Shown here piece by piece: positions 44,814-54,835 of a stretch of DNA of 63,473 nt. The stretch comes from Corallochytrium limacisporum Hawaii (taxonomy: Eukaryota > Protista > Pluriformea). The position numbers and the translations under genes were made by a program. The notes under the pieces were generated by a model. It was not told the origin of the DNA. It did not search any database and saw only the letters and a program-made list of their open reading frames with translations. Each line of letters starts with the position of its first letter. Position 1 is the first letter of the stretch. The DNA is taken from assembly GCA_002811645.1 (NCBI GenBank), contig PDIP01000053.1:116771-180243 (forward strand), written 5' to 3'.

Positions 44814-46976
44814 TGCTGACAAAGGAACCAGGAATGCCAATTGAATGTCTAAGCAGGTTGGAGCAGCGCGCAAAGTTCCCATCGTGTGCCGTTCAGTTCA
44901 AAGGACCCGGAAAGAGCGTTCACCTCCGCACAGCCATGCAAGAGTATGCACTGCTTCCTCAACCGCCTGCCTGAAACTGCTGTAGACTAACATATCGTCA
45001 GCAATGTACGCTTGCTGTCCGTTCCCCTTCGCGTAATCGGGACCCAGTGCTTGCAACTGTGATGAGGACACGCTCCACACGAAGCAACCCCACGGAATTC
45101 GAACCCCCGGGGCTGTACCTACATCACGCCTGCTGATAAGGCTTTCAAAAAAAAACAAAAAAGAACTGGAGACACCGTCAAACTAGGATAATACATTCCA
45201 CCACCAATCCCTGAACACCCATGAAGGAAACGGGCCAAAACCAGAATAAATCTCTCGCTCTCTCTCCCCTGGTCTCTCCATCTCCGGTGGTCTCAGTCCA
45301 GTTTGCGCCTGTAGAGTGCGCGATGAAACCGCTGGCTTGTCCCTGTATTCCGCTCTACACCCGCTGCGGCAACCCCGCTGCCACCAAAATCTATCATCAA
45401 AAGAAAAAACCTTGGGTGCGTTTAATATCAAAAATTCGCGAAGATTCAGAAACACCCAAGGCGGTGAAAAGAATTGTATGGAAAGCAACTATGAGCCAGC
45501 CACCAAGCCCTACCATGCCCCTTCCCCAGCCCCCCCCCACGGGGTCTTGCCTCCTCGGTGGTGTCCATCTTATACCAGTCTGTCAGTCCCAGCCACCCCT
45601 GTTCCCCAGATAACATAGATAGGAACAGCTGCCCGGGAGTGTTATGTTGGCCACTTACAAAAAGAGGAGTGCTAGTTTAAAAAAAGAAAAGAGGAGAGAG
45701 ATGTTTCAATGAGGAATGGGGNNNNNNNNNNNNNNNNNNNNNNNNNNNNNNNNNNNNNTTAAAAAAAAAAAAGAGGAGAGAGATGTTTCAATGGGGAAGG
45801 GGGGGGGGGGGGAGAACATTCTTGGGCCTCGTTCATAGTGTCAAGCCATAGGCCCTGACCGAAGGATATGAAACCGGGGAAGCGTCAGCCGACTCGCACT
45901 GCCGTGTCCACAACGGTCACAGCCAAACACTCGCAGATGGTCAGGCCATAATGCGAGGTTTCGATGAGGAAATAACGGTTAGGACGAAAATTGCACAGGT
46001 CTGAGTGGTTCGGCAGGGGAAGGTGCTTTTTGTGGGGGGCAGGCCTCACGAACCCCCGGGATGGGAGGGGGAGGGGGAAGAGGAGAGGCGAGGCACTGAT
46101 GGGGGGGGGGGGTAGAGCAGCCACCGCCTTCGCCCGGATCGTATGCTGTTGGTGCTTCTGAGGTGCCCTACCATGGGATACGGGAACCCGCAACGAAAAA
46201 AAAGGGGGAGTCGGCCATTTTGCCACCACGAACATTGTGACAAAAAACCATTTCAGCGCCCGTTGTGCGGAGGAAGAGAGCGCACCAGGACAGAAAATTT
46301 TTCGCCAAGACCCGAGTAAATTATACGGTTCTGTAGAATTTTAATCAATACGATGTATATTCGATAAGGACATGAAAACTGGGTTATATCTCAGGGCCTT
46401 CCGCAATATGTGAAATCCGAGACTCGTTCGCGAACAGATCGAGCGGAAGAAAACCCTGCGCGATCGTGCGAATGTACCTAAAGGGGTGGATAAATGTCAG
46501 TAGATTAAGTATAAAAATCAGAGAGTACGGCCCCCGGAGGAGTAGTACGTGGCACTATTTGGTGGTGGCGGTGATCGTTGCTGGATGGGAATAGCTACCA
46601 CGCGGGTGGGATCCAGATGTGTTGATACTAATGTAATTGTATGGAGAAAATCTCTGTAGCGATGGGGTGGTGGCGATGCGGGTCGAGAGATACACCTGGG
46701 TTCCACCACCCCGAGTGAAAGGAGTGTGGGTGTGCGTGATAGTGAGGTAAGACGAAAATCAAGTGAATTGGACGTAAATCCACCCTGCCCCGTACTGGCA
46801 CAGTGGAGCCAGTGTACGTGTCATTTCCTTTTTGTTTGTTTTACCCTCTCTGGTCCATTGTACATTCAGTACTAAACGTTGATGAAAATGAAACAAGAGG
46901 AAAAAGTTGGTGAGGCTGATTCTTCCTCAGGAATCGCAAGCGGAGATTGGATGAAGCGGCAGAGCGGTGGCGTTGC

Positions 46977-47273
46977 TTGGCTAGCGGGACAGAACAGTCT
47001 CTATTCAAAATACATCGCATTCGAGATTTTTCACACACGAATTGTTGGGGTTGCGGCGTCACAGAGAGTCCAACAGTTTTGCCTTCTGTGTGTGGAAGTA
47101 TCAGTTTTCGAAGGAGAATGTACGGTGTTTTCAATGCCAATACGTTCGGCGAGGACAACTGCATGACAGGCTTTTCAAAGGCCATCGAACGTGCTTTCAG
47201 TCTCTCATTCCATCGTCATTCTTTTGGAATGTGTAAAAATATGTTTACTGAGTGTATGAAAAATAAAAGAAAG
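46977..47273 (+). mobile_element. Possible decayed 3' end of a non-LTR retrotransposon (ORF2 C-terminal CCHC region plus A-rich tail)
   Basis: LASGTEQSLFKIHRI-x7-CWGCGVTES-x7-C-x5-RR has the spacing of the L(R)TGH...LHRI...CxxCG..E(T/S)..H....C......R motif of I/Tad/R1-type elements, with both His lost; A-rich stretch at about 47257-47272. Confidence 0.35.
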
Positions 47274-49336
47274 TGATAGTATATCTATCCCAACGCGTTT
47301 ATCAGACGCGAACCGGCTTCCGTCCGAACTTCCTCGATGGATCCGTCCATACTCTCACACATTCAGTACTGTATCTGGCAGGGTGAAAAATTTTCTTGAA
47401 CTCCATTCGGTGGTTGTTCGGTGGTGTGTCAGTGACGCAAATTCTACAACCGGGGTCGTCCCACAAAGTCCCGACTGCGAAATGTAGTAATAGACGTACT
47501 CTACCCGAAGACAAGGAATTGTTCGAGCTGGGGGAAGGGGGGAGGGGACCCGGCTCCTTTCCACACTACCACCTACCGCCACTGCCCTCCGCAACTCAGC
47601 ACAGAGCCTGGGCGCGCCAGTAGCTCCAGGGCCAGTGGTACCACACACAGGAGAGAGGGAAAAGGCCAGACGAGGCGTGTACCTTTTTAAAAAAAAAAGA
47701 GAGTGGGAGAAGGAAGCCCGTCGATTTTTTACCGCAAGAATTGCACGCCTCCTCTCCTCCAACCCCCCCCCCTCTTGAGCTATCGACAGCGCGTGTGTGT
47801 GTATGTAGTGTGTGTGTGTGTCTATCGCGGAGTCGAAGAAACTTATCAGTTGGTTTCAAGGCTCAACGTAGATAGCGAAACAGAAGCCGCGGCCACTTTT
47901 AGTGTTGTCGTCCCTTACCCATTGTTCACACTTAATACAGATCTGGGCGATAATCTGCATTGACATGAGTAGTAACTGACTCCAAATTGTTTACATCTCC
48001 TATAGTGCTTTGGCTTTCATCTCTTGGCAGTTTGGTGGCACCAATCGATCCCCCGGTACCTGTCTTGCCCAGAAAAAAAAAAGAAATTCGAAGCAAAGGC
48101 AGAGAGTACTGGACCTGTTTTGAGACACCGGGGAACCCCCTGTGCCTGCGGAGTACTGGCGGGAATTATGCATATATCCCAATTCGGAACTTTGGCGGAG
48201 CACACAGGGTCAGAACGCGGTGGACATTCCTCTCAGCACAGTCATCAGCCCACCCCCGGAGAGAAGTATGACTACACCAGAGCGTGGCCCAGCAGGAGCG
48301 GTGAGTGAGGGTGGGTGGGGTGGGGGCATGGTCTCACCGAAAAACCAAAAACGCACGCAGACCGACTTTCCCCACAAAAGCATTGGGCGGACTGAGAGAA
48401 ATCCGAATCCCAATGAGGGAGACTCGAAGACGTCTGCGTCGGCCCTCCCCCCCACGGGGCTTCCTCGCTCTCTCTTCTTTCACACACTGTGCGTCACCTG
48501 TTCCTTTGTAAAGACACCTGCCTCGCTCTCCGTCCGTTTTTTCCTTCCGGTTCTTCGTTTCGGTCCCCCCTCCCTCCACACGGGGGAGAAGGGAGGTCTC
48601 CGCTCTCTCCCCCACCCCTCGCCACCATTTCTCTGCTGGCGGTTTTTGTTGTTTTTTTATCTCCCGACAGAATAAAAAACTGGCGTTTTGGCATTCTAGG
48701 TCTTCACCGGTTTCTTCTCTGTGTTAATGTCCCCCCCCCCTTCATACCTCCCCCTTCCACGACCACCACCGGGGAGACCATTTTTCGTCCTCACTGGCTT
48801 CCGTTCCCTCACTCCCCCGCTTTTCTCCTCTTCCTATTTTTCCTCGGTGGCACCCGAAACAGTCCCAGAGAAGGGAGGGTGTGTGGCGCTTAGTTTCGAG
48901 TGTCGTCGCAGGGGCTGTCGCTCGTGCGTTCGTTCGTCACCGTGAGTTGCGGTGTTTGCTAAGTGTCGCTGGTTCCTGAGCGGTTCCGCCACTTCAGGCA
49001 AACCGGATTTACTGAAGACATGACGAAGAAAGTTTAATTGTTGTGGGATGCTCGTTGGTAAACTTGAAGATGGCTAAGACATTCTGTTCCATGTGTTGCT
49101 TTTTTGGCCAGCTATTTGGCAGTGTCCACGAACAGTTTCTTGAGGTCAAGTTGGTGCACATTTCTCAACCTGAACGAACTAACATTAAGGCGAATCATAA
49201 ACGAGAATATAGTCACTACGGTGCCTTGGTTTATTATGGGCACGGATAGGATTCTTTAGTTCTTTGTCTGCGCAGGCAACGAAATTCATATAAATATAGT
49301 CAGCACAGAGCGTAATCAGTAGAAAACAGCTCAAAT

Positions 49337-52300
49337 ATGGGAAACGAAATCACCAAGTTCGACTACACGAGGGTGCCCGGGGCCCCAATGGTCTTCGAGA
49401 AATACGAATTCCAGTCCTATGACAAAGATGAAGAAGGTAATGATGTCTTGTCAGGCGACAGAATCACTGCCGACTTTGAGGACATGAGCCTGAAAGAAGG
49501 AGAGCAGCACGCCAAACTATCAGGTGGTATAAAGAAAGGGTTTGGACCAGGGGAAAAAGCCATGTCCAAGACAACCTTCAAAGTTACTGAAACCGTGTAC
49601 AACGTGAAAGTCTTCTCCTCTCAGGACCAAGAGCTCCTTGAAAAAGCTGTCGAAGAAGACTGGGATGTCGGTATTGAATCTGCACGGAAGCATGTTTCCG
49701 TTGCCTTCATGGGTACATTTGAACCCGAGATGGCCAAAAAGGGCGACAACTCATTTGAAATTACCCTAAACTACCGACTGCCAGGATATTTGGACAGCGT
49801 CAACTTCATTATGTTCAGTAACAACTCGCCTGGTAAAGGTGCGCTACCCACCCACTACGTGCCCCGTGTGTACACAACCAGCGTCGAGGGTGAAGATCCT
49901 TCATTTGACTTCACCATGTACTTCCAGATCTGGGAAATGAGACCCGGCAACAAGCGCTTGCTCGGAAAGATCGATGTCGGGGGAATGGTCAGAATTGCCT
50001 ACAATATCAACACTGGCCAAAAAGACATTGATAAGATGGCCCATCGCTTCACCACTCTACAGGAGCGTGATATTGAGGAGACAACCGCCCGGAAGGACAA
50101 GGTTGACGACGCCGAGTCGGCTGAGCAGTTGGATGCATACCTGTACCAACAGACTGTTCTGGACATTAAGGCTTTCATGCAGGCTTTCAGCAAGTATAAC
50201 CCGATTGGCGATTCCTTCTTTGTCGCAGGCCGTGATGACACAATGTTGCACATTGCTGAGTTCCCACCGTCCGGCAGATGCGCTGCGGGTGAGGGAGATA
50301 CATCGGATACACAAATGGCGGTCTTGTTTTTGAATGCCGTTGGCAAGGCTAGTCGCTACACGTCGTTAGTCTGCGATAAGCTAGCGAAGGAAAAGAGCAT
50401 TCGCTGTTACATCATGGATGTGCGTGGACATGGCAAGAGTGGTGGAAAGCGAGGAGACAGCCCTGACCGTGAGACAGTTTGGTCCGACATTCGTAGTGTT
50501 GTCCGGCACTTGCGCTGGCATGCACCCCACATGACCCTCGCTATGGGCGGCCTCTTTGCGAACTGTGGTGTTGCACTCAATTATTGCTCGTGGAAGGGCA
50601 GAGAGCCAGTTGATGGGTTGATTTTTGTAGCCCCGTCTTTTGGACCAAACTCCACAAAGTTGTACCGCTTGGATAACTTTGACAAATATCTGACAGAGAT
50701 GGGCCTCAAGTTGAACTTGAATGCTATTCGTATGAATAAGGCACTGGGAGGACTGGTCAACAGGCACGCACCAGTAATTACTCTTAAACGGGAGCAGGAG
50801 GAGTTCTCCATGACATATGCACAGTTGAGCGCTGTTATGCCAGAAAACGTGAAAAAGCAAATGCAGCTAATCGATGTCCCATTCACCCTGATTATTGGTG
50901 AGAAAGATGAGTTGGTGAAACCGCCAAAGATTGCTGAATACATCCAGCGGGCACAGTTTTACAAAATCAACGCGAAAAAGAATACGGGCATTTCCCCCAG
51001 GATCCTTCAGGGCGTCTGCCATTTAGAGATCCTGTTGTATGCCCATGAACATGTCGCAGAACAGTTGACTCGTATGCGGGAGCTGAAGCAGGGCTCGAGG
51101 CACTCGTCCACGAGCTCCACAGGTAAGGTCAGGCTGCGTCGCTCCTCTGGTGATTTCTCATCCGACGCCTCGGGCAGACTTACTCCACCACTTGATATCA
51201 AGCCAGCGCGGAGCCCGAAGCTCCTCGGATCGCAATCTCAGGCAGACAGTGGATCTCTTTCCCTCAGTCGGCAAGCAAGTGGTTCCAGTGCTTCTCTGGG
51301 AGCAATGTTCGGGGATGCATTAAAGTCACCGCCAGGAGACGACGAGACGGCGCTCTCCCATCGCAACAGTGCCGCAAGCGCAAGCAGTGCGGAGATGCGA
51401 CTTGATGACAGGTACGTTATGGACTTTACCACCTTCTTGGCCAAGGTGGCCGACATCTCCACTCCGCCAGAGGGTTTCTTCCTCGAAGCCATCGACGGTA
51501 GTCGTTTGGTGTACGGAAGGTTCTTGGCGGCTCAACCGGACCTGGTAGACACTGTGTTTATCGCCTTCAGCGGTATCAAATGGTGGTCAGTGGTTGCGGA
51601 CCAACTGGCCACCGAGGTCAATGTTACTTCCTACGCCCTTGACATTCGTGGTCGTGGCATGAGTGACGATGTTGACAAGAGTGGTGGCACTCGAGACTTG
51701 CTGTGGCTGGATATCCGCAAGTTTGTACGCACCATAAAGTACAACCACCCGGGTTGCCGTCTGGTCCTTGCCGCCTCATCCTTCATGGCAGGTGTCCTGA
51801 TCAACTATGCGTTGTGGGACCAACGGGAGAAAGTGGATGGTTTGGTCATGCTCTCCCCATTCTTCCTGCCTTTCAATGGCAATGACAACATCGTGACTCA
51901 GTTGGCGAAGGACATACTCACCCACAAGATTCCTGAGAACTTTAATCTTTCACAGACGGTTACAAATGGACACGGTCGCAATTTGCAAGCGCAGAAGCAC
52001 GTCCTGCATCATTTGAAGGAAAGCAAATCTGTGCCACCCATCCTGGGCGCGAAGGATGTGCCCGTCTCGGTCGAAAGCATAAAGACCGTTGACCCCACTG
52101 TTCTCCGTCAGTACTCACCGTCCATGATCATGTCAATGACTCTCAGTGGACCTCTGGAAGATGCAGTTAGACAGATTGATATTCCAATTGCGGCTGTGCA
52201 CGGCAGTGATGCTAAGGTAATTAATTTGGACGAATTGCGCAAGGCTTTCCACTCTCGGGATGGTGTGATCATGATTGACGACTGTACGTTCGAAGAGGGC

Positions 52301-53344
52301 TTCTGGAAGGCAAGCCCTTACATTGCTAAGTGGCTCACAAATCTGATCTACCGCATGACTCCACCCGAGCCCCTTGCCCGTCTGGACAACCCTAAGCTGG
52401 AAGATCTGGAGAAGATTGAATTGATTGGTACTGGTGCATTCAGCCGTGTGTGGCTAGTGAAACATAAGGAAACGGGGGCCGCTTACACAATGAAGATCAT
52501 GAGCAAGCGGACACTGATTGACATGGAGCAGAGTCAGGGTACTGTCTATGAGCGTCAAATTCTTGAACAGTGCCGCAGTCATTTCATTGTGAACTATATT
52601 GGCCGCATTCAGGACGCCAAAATGGTCTACCTGCTGATGGAGTACGTAATTGGTGGCGAGCTCTTTACGCAGATTCGTCTGCAGAATCGTTTCGATGAGA
52701 AGGTGGCGCGATTCTTCCTTGTGGAAATCACTTGTGCACTGGAGTATCTACACTCTCGAAACATTATCTACCGTGACCTGAAGACCACCAACATTCTGAT
52801 TACGTCGAAGGGGCATGCCAAACTTGCTGATTTCGGATTTGCCAAGAAACTCAGTGGCAGCGGAAAGACCACGACCTTCTGCGGTACACCAGAGTACCTG
52901 GCCCCTGAGATTATTCAGGACGTGCCCTACGGGTACGCTGTCGACTGGTACGCCATGGGTATCCTCGCCTATGAAATGGTGGTAGGTCATCTGCCGTTCC
53001 GTGCACATAGTCCGAGCGAACTGGCTCGCAAGATTCTGGAGGACCAACTTGTCGTTCCCAGCACCGTAACTCCTGACGTGAAGAGCCTGATCCTTGAACT
53101 CACGAACAAGAGTAGTAGGCGGCGCCTGGGTGGCGGAAAGCAGGGTTGGGAGGAGGTCAAGGCGCACAAACTGTTCGCTCCGGTGGACTGGCGTCGGGCC
53201 CAAAACTGTCAGATTGTGCCCCCCATTGTCGTGCAGACTCGGTCCGCCCTGGATACTTCCAATTTCATCGACTACGGAGAGCTACCGGACCAGGAGATGC
53301 AGAGCATTTCCGCAGAGGAGCAGCACCTGTTCGCTGACTTCTAG
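49337..53344 (+). CDS. Multidomain AGC (PKA-catalytic-like) kinase with two N-terminal degenerate alpha/beta-hydrolase domains
   Basis: MGNEITK myristoylation motif; two Hydrolase_4/monoacylglycerol-lipase-like repeats (MDVRGHGKS...VDGLIFVAP and LDIRGRGMS...VDGLVMLSP); kinase GTGAFSRV, MEYVIGGELF, YRDLKTTN, DFGFAK, TFCGTPEYLAPE, DTSNF and terminal FADF. One uninterrupted 1335-aa ORF. Confidence 0.93.
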   Translation: MGNEITKFDYTRVPGAPMVFEKYEFQSYDKDEEGNDVLSGDRITADFEDMSLKEGEQHAKLSGGIKKGFGPGEKAMSKTTFKVTETVYNVKVFSSQDQELLEKAVEEDWDVGIESARKHVSVAFMGTFEPEMAKKGDNSFEITLNYRLPGYLDSVNFIMFSNNSPGKGALPTHYVPRVYTTSVEGEDPSFDFTMYFQIWEMRPGNKRLLGKIDVGGMVRIAYNINTGQKDIDKMAHRFTTLQERDIEETTARKDKVDDAESAEQLDAYLYQQTVLDIKAFMQAFSKYNPIGDSFFVAGRDDTMLHIAEFPPSGRCAAGEGDTSDTQMAVLFLNAVGKASRYTSLVCDKLAKEKSIRCYIMDVRGHGKSGGKRGDSPDRETVWSDIRSVVRHLRWHAPHMTLAMGGLFANCGVALNYCSWKGREPVDGLIFVAPSFGPNSTKLYRLDNFDKYLTEMGLKLNLNAIRMNKALGGLVNRHAPVITLKREQEEFSMTYAQLSAVMPENVKKQMQLIDVPFTLIIGEKDELVKPPKIAEYIQRAQFYKINAKKNTGISPRILQGVCHLEILLYAHEHVAEQLTRMRELKQGSRHSSTSSTGKVRLRRSSGDFSSDASGRLTPPLDIKPARSPKLLGSQSQADSGSLSLSRQASGSSASLGAMFGDALKSPPGDDETALSHRNSAASASSAEMRLDDRYVMDFTTFLAKVADISTPPEGFFLEAIDGSRLVYGRFLAAQPDLVDTVFIAFSGIKWWSVVADQLATEVNVTSYALDIRGRGMSDDVDKSGGTRDLLWLDIRKFVRTIKYNHPGCRLVLAASSFMAGVLINYALWDQREKVDGLVMLSPFFLPFNGNDNIVTQLAKDILTHKIPENFNLSQTVTNGHGRNLQAQKHVLHHLKESKSVPPILGAKDVPVSVESIKTVDPTVLRQYSPSMIMSMTLSGPLEDAVRQIDIPIAAVHGSDAKVINLDELRKAFHSRDGVIMIDDCTFEEGFWKASPYIAKWLTNLIYRMTPPEPLARLDNPKLEDLEKIELIGTGAFSRVWLVKHKETGAAYTMKIMSKRTLIDMEQSQGTVYERQILEQCRSHFIVNYIGRIQDAKMVYLLMEYVIGGELFTQIRLQNRFDEKVARFFLVEITCALEYLHSRNIIYRDLKTTNILITSKGHAKLADFGFAKKLSGSGKTTTFCGTPEYLAPEIIQDVPYGYAVDWYAMGILAYEMVVGHLPFRAHSPSELARKILEDQLVVPSTVTPDVKSLILELTNKSSRRRLGGGKQGWEEVKAHKLFAPVDWRRAQNCQIVPPIVVQTRSALDTSNFIDYGELPDQEMQSISAEEQHLFADF

Positions 53345-53511
53345 AGGTAATGGAAACTGAAACACAAAAAGAAGCAAAAACATTTGGTTTTTAACATCCA
53401 GTTTGAAGACAAACACCCGAAACACAATAAACGATATAGCACACAGAACAATAACGCAAGGTACTTGATAGGCCCACGTATGAATTGCTATCATATGCTA
53501 TACTATAGGTA

Positions 53512-53745
53512 TTATACATAGACATTAAAGAATGCAAGCAAGAACACATACGCCAGTCCGAGAATGACTGACGGGACAGCTGCCAGAAGAACTTCCGTCA
53601 CAATTGACCGGGTGAACTTGTTCACTGTGACCTCATATACCATGAACAATGCCAGGGTCGCGAGTCCCGAAACAACTAGTGTGGCACTGATAATGGGAAT
53701 TGCCTGCTGGGGCACTGGGGGTTCGTAAGGGACAAAGTCACCCAT
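53512..53745 (-). CDS. TMEM258: Oligosaccharyltransferase small subunit TMEM258/Ost5
   Basis: 77 aa from ATG 53745: Y.PPV.....P, two TMs, VYEVT..KFTRSI..E, ends VYV. Confidence 0.9.
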   Translation of the reverse strand: MGDFVPYEPPVPQQAIPIISATLVVSGLATLALFMVYEVTVNKFTRSIVTEVLLAAVPSVILGLAYVFLLAFFNVYV

Positions 53746-54835
53746 GGTGAATATCTGTTTAGGAAGATAAGATTGGTTCGTTTTCTGCTGCAGTGGCACC
53801 GACTCTGTGGTCTCTGGCCCCGTTTATATTGTTATTGCCACGACAATCCCACGAAACGACGTCGATTAACCAGTCAAGATTCCGACGTTCACGGCTAGTA
53901 TGACACTTATCCTCCCCGGTCGTCCTTTGCTGATACGATGATGTTGATCGCGTCCTTGCCAGATATTACTAGGGGACTTCGTGAGTCATGCACCCTAGCC
54001 AATATTCGTTATCCGCTACAAAATACCACTTCCATTACAGGAATCACGGGACTTCCTTCACTCCGAGCGCGGAAAATACAGACAAAGCCACGCCAGCGCG
54101 CAAGTGGCACCTAAACACGCAGGCAATGCCGTGCAAGACTGGCCCATAATGCACAAGGGAGCCCCCCTCCACCAACCCGAACCCCTCTCCCTTCCCCTCC
54201 TCCCCCCCCTGCCGGTGAAGGGGGAGCCAGGCGATGTGGGCCGCACCCAGGGACCTTTGGACCCCAAGACCAGACCAGACCTACCTTCGCCCTCCTCAAC
54301 GCTCGCTCCTTTTGCCTTGTTTTGCTTGGGTTTGTTTGGTTTTTCCAAGGAACACACGCACACACACACACACACAAAGAAGAGAAATGGGAGAAAAACC
54401 ATAACACAGGGCTCAGGCACTGGCGACCTCACGGGTGAGGCTGCCCCCCCCCCCCGGGGCGGCCGCTCTCTGTTCTCACCGCCGCTGTTCCTTTCTATTT
54501 TTTCTCTTTCGGCTTCCCGTGCGCCACCTCTCCTCGACCCTTTCTGTCCTTCTTCCTTGAACCCTGGCCTTCCTCCGTTTGGTACTGAACGTACCACACT
54601 CCGCGCTCCTGCTGTGGTGACGGTGGCGGTTAGGCCTGTGGCTTTTTTTTTTTAGGCCCTGTCCCCTTTCAACCTCTCCCACTCACTCTCTCTCTCTCTC
54701 TCGGTACCGTCAGCTGACTGACCCGCAGGTAACGGGTACGGACCTGGCCGGCGATGGAATGCCCTTAAATTAGCGCAGCATCGCACGGGCAATGACCGCA
54801 GGTTGGCTGTGTTTGGGAACGCTGCTGGGTACGGG

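Noticed and set aside
45075-45135. Pol III B-box-like GGTTCGAATTCC on the minus strand
   Set aside because: No A-box or cloverleaf could be built; not called as a tRNA or SINE.
45676-45812. Apparent direct repeat (AAGAGGAGAGAGATGTTTCAATG) on both sides of an N gap
   Set aside because: The same sequence flanks the gap with G-run discrepancies: an unmerged contig overlap, not a biological repeat.
2587-53344. Apparent lipid-metabolism cluster (HADHA/B, PEX3, phosphodiesterase-like, lipase, LCAT-like, hydrolase-kinase)
   Set aside because: Interspersed with unrelated housekeeping genes over 50 kb; only the HADHA/B adjacency is supportable.
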